DNA of 64,000 nt from Octopus sinensis (lineage: Eukaryota), in NCBI RefSeq assembly GCF_006345805.1, contig NC_043002.1:2232001-2296000 (forward strand), read 5' to 3'. The notes beneath the pieces were generated by a model. It did no database searches. It was not told the DNA's origin and saw only the letters and a program-made list of their open reading frames with translations. The translations under genes were made by a program, and so were the position numbers. Positions 55,448 through 64,000 of this stretch are shown here, piece after piece. How positions within the stretch are numbered: position 1 is the first letter of the stretch; each line of letters starts with the position of its first letter.

Positions 55448-55676
55448 CCTCAAGGTTTAAAACAACCATAATTTTCGGTTTAAAAAAAAAATTTAAAAAA
55501 ATAAATAAAAAACTTTTTTTTTAGACATTCATTAGTACAACATCCCCACCCCCCAAATATATGGCACACTAGGCATAACAACAACATGAACTTCCAACCC
55601 TGTTGTCTCTTGAGGTCTCTGGGTGAGACTTGGAGCCAACTTGTACAAATATAAAGCAAAAGTCAAACATAGAATA
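51643..55676 (+). mobile_element. Near-full-length R4/Dong-clade non-LTR retrotransposon in (TAA)n
   Basis: Single long disrupted ORF plus 3' UTR; (AAT)n on both sides. Confidence 0.92.
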
Positions 55677-55899
55677 ATAATAATAATAATAATAAAAATA
55701 ATAATAAAAATAATAATAATATTGATAATAATAGTAATATTTTTTCTTTATTGGCCACGAGAGCTGCACATAAAATCACGAAAGTTCTGAGGATGGGAAC
55801 ATACTTCCTGGAAAGATCCGAGGAGGTGAAGAATTGGAGGAACTATTTCCTGGAAAGTTCCGAGGTGCGAAAGAATTACTTACTGGAAACTCCACAGAT

Positions 55900-56178
55900 A
55901 CGTGTACCCTTAACGCAGTTCTCGGGGTGATTCAACGTGACACAGAGTGTGACTATGCTGGCCCTTTGAAATACAGTCACAACAGAAACAGGAAGAAAGA
56001 GTGATAGAATGTTGTGGTGAAAGAGTACAGGAGGATTCACCACCACCCATTGCCGGAACCACGTGGAGCTTTAGGTGCTTTCGCTCGATAAACACTCACA
56101 ACGCCCAGTCTAGGAATCGAAACCGCGATCCTACGACCGCGAGACCGCTGCCCCAGCCACTGAGCCATTGCGCCTCCA
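55900..56178 (-). mobile_element. tRNA-derived SINE (family of 15551-15846)
   Basis: Minus head TGGAGGCGCAATGGCTCAGTGG..GGTTTCGATTCC. Confidence 0.8.
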
Positions 56179-56302
56179 CTCTGTCTGTATATGTGCGAGT
56201 GTGTGTGTGTATATATATATAATTTTTCCCTTTACCATTTTACTGACTCAGCCCCTGATTCCTATGGTAGTTTCTATAAACTGACAAAGCGATTTAGCTT
56301 AA

Positions 56303-58748
56303 CCCCTTGACAACGGTTGATGCGATCACACTTTTGCTTGCCTACCCGCGGTTAACGTAAATATACGTTGTAGAGCTGCCCTACATCTATCACAGACCTT
56401 TTAGCGGCTGACGTATTTTTACATTCGCTATCGTGTACTTTATCTCTTGAGGTGCGCGCGCTCGCCCCCCCCCCGTACATTATCTTAGCTATTTTAGGTT
56501 ACGTTCAAGTCATGAGACTAGCAGTAGACCAATGGCATGCGGATACTTTGCATGCATATGCATTAATACAGGAGGTATAGAAGTAACGGTCTCCGGTGAA
56601 AACGCATCATAATTCAAAATATCTTCAAAGCAGTTACAAGTCGTGTGTTCACGCTTCGGTCCTCCATCAGCGAATTTACGCTCGTCATCGCGCCCGACAA
56701 CACCTGCAGTAACCAACTCGTCGTCGCGTCAAACGTCGGCACGACCGACACCTACACGTGAAACTGAACCGCGACCTCGTACTTCCGGTGCCGCTGCTGC
56801 GGAGGCCGGTGATTTGCGGTCGCGTCCGAGTACATCAGCTGCTTCGCGTCAGACCACACCCACTTGATCATCAGCTGCTGCTGTTGAATCGAGAAGAACT
56901 GTTGATTCAGGCTCAGACTTTTCTGATGATTTTCACTCATCTGATGGTGATTCTGGCTCTGAGTTTTTGCCGAACTCTGATTCGGGTACTTTGCAATTGC
57001 CATGAAACAACAGAAGGGCAAGAATCGATGGCCCTAGCCAGCAGAATGTGGTGTGGCGGAGAATAGACAATTTTCAGCGATGATACAGATTCTCAGGAAA
57101 CTCCAGGATAAAAGCGAACCTGAACAATCACAGTTCGCCCTTGGAAATATTCCACGAGTTTCTCACGGAAAAAACTTTTCGAATATATGGCAGACAAAAC
57201 AAATAGCTACGCTGCTACTCATTCTCAACGTGAATCCGAGCACAGCACCGACTGGTTCCCGACGACAGGCGATGAAATCAAAGTGTTTCTTGCGCTGCTT
57301 ATTCTCATGGGCATCTTAAGAAAACCCACACTCGGTTCGTATTGGAGTAGGAACCCTTAAATGGCGACACCGTTTTTCGCCAACACGATGCCGAGCGATC
57401 ATTTTTTCGCGCTACTGAAAAACCTACACTTTAACTCGGGCGTCAACACCGATGACAGGCCACACAAACTTCGGCCAATTGTTGACGCAGTCGCGGACAA
57501 TTTCAAAACTTTCTACATACCTACGCAAGATATTTTCACAGACGAAAGTCTCTGGAAATTCAAGGGGCGGTTGTGATTCAGACAGCACAACCCTACAAAA
57601 CGTGCGCGCTATGGAGTGAAAGTATATAAAGTTTGTCAGTCATCCGTTATCGCATGTGGCTATACTTGGAACTATAAAATATATATTGGCGAGGACAGGG
57701 TCGCGGACGTTCTAGCATCAACCAATGTCGTCATGTCATTGAATGACGAACTGATAGACAAAGGGTATAACATTTATATGGATAACTGGTTTTCCAGTTC
57801 TGACTTGTTTCAGGAGAACAAATGCCTGTGGGACGGTCCACGCTTTCAGGAGGAACATGCCCCTCCATCTTTGAAAGCCGAAACTAACTTGAGAAAGGAG
57901 AATTTGCATACGGATAGTGGTCTCCTGGCGTTGGTCTGGCGAGACAGAAAGTCCGTGACTATGCTGAATACGATGCACTCTGCTGCAATGTCTGAAACTG
58001 GCAAACGGAATCGTGCGGGGGACCCCATCATAAAACCTGATGTTGTACTGGACTACAACAGAGCAATGAGTGGGGTGGATAGATCCGATCAGCTGGCCAC
58101 AACGCACAAATCTGCACAAAGATTCGGAAAATGGTACAAAAAAGTATTTTTGTACCTTGTGTATATGGCACTCATGAACACACATCTGATCTGTGTGGCA
58201 AATGCCGGGTGGCGAAGCAACTTGATTCGCATTTCGCGAGGCTTTGATAAATGAAATTATCGAAGTTCCCGAGCTGCCCAACTACCGAACGCGTGGACAT
58301 CTTCACGCCCGACCGACTCCAAACCGGCTTCTGAACCGACGAGGGCATTTCCCACGCTTCATACCGCCAACGGAAAAAAAGCAGAATCCGGCAAGGAAAT
58401 GTGTTGTATGCACCGTACACCACCGTAGGCGCGAAACCGGATATCGTTGTCCGGACTATAATGTGTCCCTTTGTATAATACCATGCTTTGAGTTGTACCA
58501 CACGCAAGCTATTTTTTTTAACTTGAGCAGAATAACTCTTGCATATCATATTATGATAAATAGCTTCACATAAATAGCTTCGTTTTCATAAACCGGTTGA
58601 CGTAAATGCACGACGCTATGTCATTGTAACGGTGAACGTGAATAGACGCCAGCTCGTTGGCACTTGTGTGTTTGTGTCGCCTCAGTAGATAAAAAAATAA
58701 AACAGGAGCAGTGTCTCGCATGCTTCGGCTAATATCGGCGTCAAGGGG
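56303..58748 (+). mobile_element. piggyBac DNA transposon, 2446 bp, both ends and TTAA duplication intact
   Basis: TTAA (56299-56302) CCCCTTGACAACG ... CGGCGTCAAGGGG TTAA (58749-58752); TIRs match at 11/13 positions. Confidence 0.93.
56643..58525 (+). pseudogene. piggyBac (PGBD4-like) transposase, disrupted
   Basis: SPLEIFHEFL; DEIKVFLALLILMG; IFTDESLWKFKGR; YMDNWFSS; YNRAMSGVDRSDQ; WYKKVF; C-terminal Cys-rich domain CVVC..ETGYRC..LCIIPCFELYH. Multiple stops and frameshifts. Confidence 0.9.
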
Positions 58749-58752
58749 TTAA

Positions 58753-59050
58753 TATATCGACTCCGAAAGGATAAAAAGCTAAGTCGACCTCGGCGGAATT
58801 TGAACTCAGAACGTGAAGACGGACGAAATACCTATTTCTATTTCTTTACATCCCACAAGGGGCTAAACACAGAGGGGACAAACAAGGACAGACAAACGGA
58901 TTAGGTTGATTACATCGACCCCAGTACGTAACTGGTACTTAAAGGATGAAAGGATGAAAGGCAAAGTCGACCTCGGCGGAATTTGAACTCAACGTAACGG
59001 CAGACGAAAAACGGCTACGCATTTCGCCCGGCGTGCTAACGTTTCTTCCA
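58753..59050 (-). mobile_element. Tandem SINE copies (family of 35420-36380)
   Basis: Two GTCGACCTCGGCGGAATTTGAACTC units with the same spacer as 36010-36180. Confidence 0.85.
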
Positions 59051-59054
59051 ACGT

Positions 59055-59222
<168 letters not shown>

Positions 59223-60379
59223 ATTACCTGCACTAATATCAATATTTACTGAAATTTTGTGACGCACGGAGATATGTTGAAAATTTTACTTTCCATTCTC
59301 TAAAGTCGTACAACTTTCCAAATAAGACGCAAATTTCACGACATCGGAAACATATATTCCACGAAACATTACATCCATCCTTGAACATAGCACATAGAGA
59401 GGTGTGTGTATGTTTGTATGTGTGCATGAGTGTATGCGTGTGTAAACGTAACCTGACATTAAGTTGATGTGTTCCGATAATTGGGATTCTTCTGACATTT
59501 TGTAGTGCCATGAGTTAAGTTTGATTTACAATTAAATTGAACAAAAAAATAGTTTCGATGTGAAGAATAAAATATAAACCTTCCTCGTTAATCTTTCACC
59601 CTTCGTATTTACCAAGTGACAAGCATTGTAAAAGTTCATATATCTCAGAGCATTACAAGTAAAGAAAATGCTGGCATTAAATCTCTACTAACGACTTCAG
59701 CTGGATTTTTGCGGTTTGGCTTGTTCTTTCTTTCTTTCTTTCTTTCTTTTTTTTTTTACCTCTGACATTTAGAAATAGAATCAACACAAGTGATTTATTC
59801 TATGGAGCTTTCTATTGAGTGAGCTTTTCAAAATTAACCTCACTTCTTTTAGGTTTAGCTTCAGGTGAATTCTTCATCGTACTTTTCGACTCGTTCCGTT
59901 TCCGAATTGGATTTGTTGGAATTGTTTAAACTTTTTTTTTTCATGTAAATTTGGTTGTTATTTCTTTAAATTTTATTACACTTGTTACTGTTATTCCAGC
60001 AATTCTTTGAGATCTTTTTACGACTTTTACATACAGCCTTTGTTGAGATTGCGACTGCCAAATTCTTACCATTTCTTTACTTTTTTATTAACGATTTGCC
60101 ATATTTAAGTATAAACATATTTATAGTCTCTATATGTACTATATTTTTTAAAGTCTGGATATTGATAGAATTATAGTTTGCAGTCCATTTGATAATATCA
60201 TTCTACATGTTTTGCATACAGGGAATTTGTCATATGTATATATATATATATTATTCAAAGAAATTCCAACTCTGTCTGTTTTTTATGTTTTATTTATATT
60301 CTTTATAATATGAATGTAGAATATAGAATATATAGTATAAAAAGTATATAGTAGTATAATGAAATGAAGTATTGATTGT

Positions 60380-60423
<44 letters not shown>

Positions 60424-60639
60424 ACATGTATATGTATATGTATCTATAAGACATGTATATGTATATGTATCTATGTATATGTAGTGGCGTACACATATTG
60501 TATCTTAAGAAAAAGAGGCAGTTAGAATTTTGGATAATTCTTTAATAGCACTTTCGTTCATGTAACTGAATGAAAGCGCTAATAAAGAAATATTCAAAAT
60601 CTGCCTACCTCCTGTTTCTTAATATACATAAATAAATAA

Positions 60640-60691
<52 letters not shown>

Positions 60692-61019
60692 TATATTATA
60701 TATATATATATATAACAACAAAGTAAAGTTGGGGATTACGTATGGCAACTAGCCTTACCTCAGAGAGAGGATGACAATCTACCAATTGCGGGATCCCACT
60801 ACAAGACAGGTACCACACAGCGGCCACTTAGATCTTTGTGCCAAAAATAAGTCACCTGAATTCCAAGTTTTCTCACTGCACCTTTGCCCAAACAGCACCA
60901 CTGAACAAACCCGAATAAATAATGAAAACATTTTTATTGGAAAATACAGAGCACAGATTGTAACATCTTAGGAAATATCGTTGGACATTGTCGGTTGGAG
61001 TCGGAACAACTGAGCAACA

Positions 61020-61840
61020 CTCTAATTCCTGCACACACGAACAGCCCTTCACGCATTCACACATAAACAGAATGCCAGGAACACACATCCACACACAGAC
61101 ACACTCATATATACTCACATATACACGCGCACCCGTACACGCACACACAAATACACAGAGACACATACGCAGATACACACACACACATAAATACATTACT
61201 ACCAGCTCACACACACAAACACAATATGCCCATTCCCCAGAAGAAAACACACACATACATATGCAATGCAATTTAACAGTCACAACACTCGGAGACACAC
61301 ACATATACACACACATACAAAGGCACATACACGTACACACTTGTACACGCACACACACACACACACAGCGCCCGGACAAATATAACACACACGCATACAT
61401 ACACAGACACACTCACACATACCCACGTGCACGCACACACACACACAGCCCTTACCAATGCAACGCGCACACATACACACATACGCACGAGCACACACAC
61501 GGGCACACACACGTACACATACACCCTAACAAACGTAACACACATTTACACAGATACATGTACACACACGTACACACACAGCACTGACAAATATAACACA
61601 CATACACACATGCACACGCATACACACGTACACACATACACACAACGCCCTGATAAATATAATACACATGCACACGCATACACACGTACACACACACACC
61701 GCCCTGACAACCGTAGCACACACATACACACACACGCACGCACACACGCATGCACACATACACACGTACGCATACGTAGTCTCTCACACACAAATAGATT
61801 ACCCACACACACGCACACATGTACACATACGCACACACAT
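61020..61840. repeat. CA-rich low-complexity tract with an embedded recurring 19-nt core
   Basis: GCCCTGACAAATATAACAC-like motif recurs about every 55-80 bp between 61368 and 61720. Confidence 0.75.
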
Positions 61841-62227
61841 TAACCCGCTATTCGCATTTCCCAGAGTAAACCACACACATACACTTTCACGCAAATACGC
61901 ACCATTCTTTGCTTATGAGTCATATATTTCTAAGAACCCCGAAACACCAGCCGAAGACTACTGAACCGTAACAGAAGCAGCTCACCAAACAGGCCTTTCT
62001 TGGCTCCACAACAACTATTACAAACCAGGACAATCGTGAACTACTTTTTGATCATGTGACTGCCATCAGCCACCCATATTGTTCTTCAAGAGAAAGCAAT
62101 TCTAAGCCACCTTTTTTTAGAAAGAATAAACAGAAGCAGCTTTTGATCATGTGACTGGCAGCAACCAACCACATCGTTTTTTAAAAAGAAGCCAATTTTG
62201 AGGCACCACATCCATATAAAATAGTAA

Positions 62228-62381
62228 TAGGCGCATGAGTGGCTGTGTTGGTTCTGGGTTCAGTACCACCGCGTGGCACCTTGGACAAGTGTCTTCTACT
62301 ATAGCCTCGGGCCGACCAAAGCCTTGTGAGTGGATTTGGTAGACGGAAACTGAAAGAAGCCTGTCGTATATATGTATATAT

Positions 62382-62429
<48 letters not shown>

Positions 62430-62432
62430 TGT

Positions 62433-62488
<56 letters not shown>

Positions 62489-62680
62489 CCCCCCCCCCAA
62501 CATCACTGGACAACCGATGCTAGTATGTTTGTGTCCCCGTAAATTAGCTGTTCGGCAAAAGAGACCGATAGAATAAGTACTAGGCTTACAACGAATAAGT
62601 CCTGAGGTCGATTTGCTCGACTAAAGGCGGTACTCCAGCATGGCCGCTGTCAAATGACTGAAACAAGTAAGAGAATAACT
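62228..62680 (+). mobile_element. SINE with internal (TA)/(TG) microsatellite (fourth family)
   Basis: AGGCGCATGAGTGGCTGTG..GGCACCTTGGACAAGTGTCTTCTACTATAGCCTCGG..; reverse fragments at 37460-37535 and 47095-47200. Confidence 0.75.
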
Positions 62681-63133
62681 GTCAAATTCCATCCAAATGC
62701 GAAACCCTACTTCCAAATCCGAGAACTATAATAAATGCTCTGTTATTTCTCTACTCACCTTTCTTTCAATTTAAGATGCTGCAAACAATTATGGCTTCTG
62801 ATCAGAGTAAGACTTAGACTTTACTGCCGAATGATTGACAAACCAGACACGTTTATTCTTCTTTTCAAAGACTGCTTTACTTCATTTGGATATATTTATG
62901 TCAACTAATTTTGATCTTCTTATCATTCTAAAAACATTTTACGACCTGAACTGAATGTGTTTATGTAAATTATCTTTTGACTCATCAGAGACGATACACA
63001 AAGCCTCATACTTTACTTTTGAATATCTTTTAAATAAGTCAAACCTTTTAAAGTCAATAAATACTTCTAAATGACTCCTACATTTTCAGATTCTTTTCCT
63101 TACATATACATACATATATATATATATATATAT

Positions 63134-63270
<137 letters not shown>

Positions 63271-63422
63271 TATATATTATATTATATTATATTATATTTC
63301 GTAGGCTCGAAACGTAAAAGACTTTTTCTATTTCTATTCCTGAGCGCTATACTAATACATTTGTTTGTTTGTACTCCCCCTACCTTCGTCTTTTGTCTAT
63401 TTTCGTAAACCTTCCCGTTATA

Positions 63423-63467
<45 letters not shown>

Positions 63468-63566
63468 AAATCCCCAAAAACAGAAAAGCAAATACAAACA
63501 AACAACAATGCGAGGACGTGTTACATGTAAAATATTAGCAGACGTTCAGGGAAGGAAAGAAAGATG

Positions 63567-63601
63567 GTTTTACGTTTCGAGCAAAGCTCTTCTTCAGAAA
63601 C
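63567..63601 (-). ncRNA. Minimal type I hammerhead motif
   Basis: GUUU CUGAAGA A GAGC-UUU-GCUC GAAA CG UA / AAAC: 4-bp stem I, stem III palindrome ACGU. Confidence 0.78.
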
Positions 63602-63649
63602 AGGAGACAGAAGAAGGTCCAAGAGAAAAGTAAGACGGGGTGGGAAAAT

Positions 63650-64000
63650 TAAGTTAATTTTGGGGCTCAAAAAGCAAATAGCAAGGCCATGTAGGGAGAC
63701 ATGGAGTTATGTACAGGGAGCAGGTTCATGCAAAGAGTGCAGGCCATTTCTGGTCAAGAGAGACTTTGAACCGAGCGGTCGTCGGCATCTTCACGATCTC
63801 GGCCGGCAGCTTGTTCCACGGATCCGCAACCCGGACGGAGAAAGCCCCTCTCCTTCGACTAAGATGAAATCATCGCAGATAGAGCTTTTCGGAATGACCC
63901 CGCAGCCGACGCTCTGGAGCAGGAGTGAAGAACAGCTCTTTCGAGAGGTTACACTTTCCGCTTATGATGTTGTGAGCAAGAATGAGATCACCACGGCATC
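63650..64000 (-). mobile_element. 3' end of a CR1-clade LINE (continues beyond the window)
   Basis: RGDLILAHNII..RLRGHSEKL..AFSVRVADPWNKLPAEIV..RFKVSLDQKW; stop at 63726-63728. Confidence 0.88.

Noticed and set aside
60735-60770. Minus-strand GAG|GTAAG donor and CUGAGGUAAGGC..GCC HHR-like string
   Set aside because: GAAA is missing, so it is not a valid HHR. The setting next to (TA)n suggests a decayed PLE end rather than an exon.

Overview
AT-rich, microsatellite-dense animal genomic DNA. The SINE families look like cephalopod (Octopus) repeats; this is recalled recognition, not a search result. No intact host protein-coding gene can be supported, and most track ORFs are microsatellite translations. 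The window is dominated by decayed transposons: several Penelope-like elements (PLE; RT plus GIY-YIG), a nest and a near-full-length copy of R4/Dong-clade restriction-like-endonuclease LINEs sitting in (TAA)n, CR1 and RTE LINE fragments, a piggyBac with intact ends and TTAA target duplication, a mariner remnant, a Lep1-like non-autonomous Helitron and many tRNA-derived SINEs. The main unannotated signal is a set of minimal type I hammerhead ribozyme (HHR) motifs on both strands: eight largely complete plus degenerate remnants, mostly lying 35-150 nt from a (TA)n tract. Most have a palindromic stem III that differs by family. One (24579-24628, minus) has a compensatory G3:C8 swap of the conserved C3:G8 core pair, so standard CUGANGA searches would miss it. 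A low-confidence decayed secreted LRR/Toll-like-receptor-like gene may lie at 33854-34889. Coordinates of degenerate repeats are approximate.
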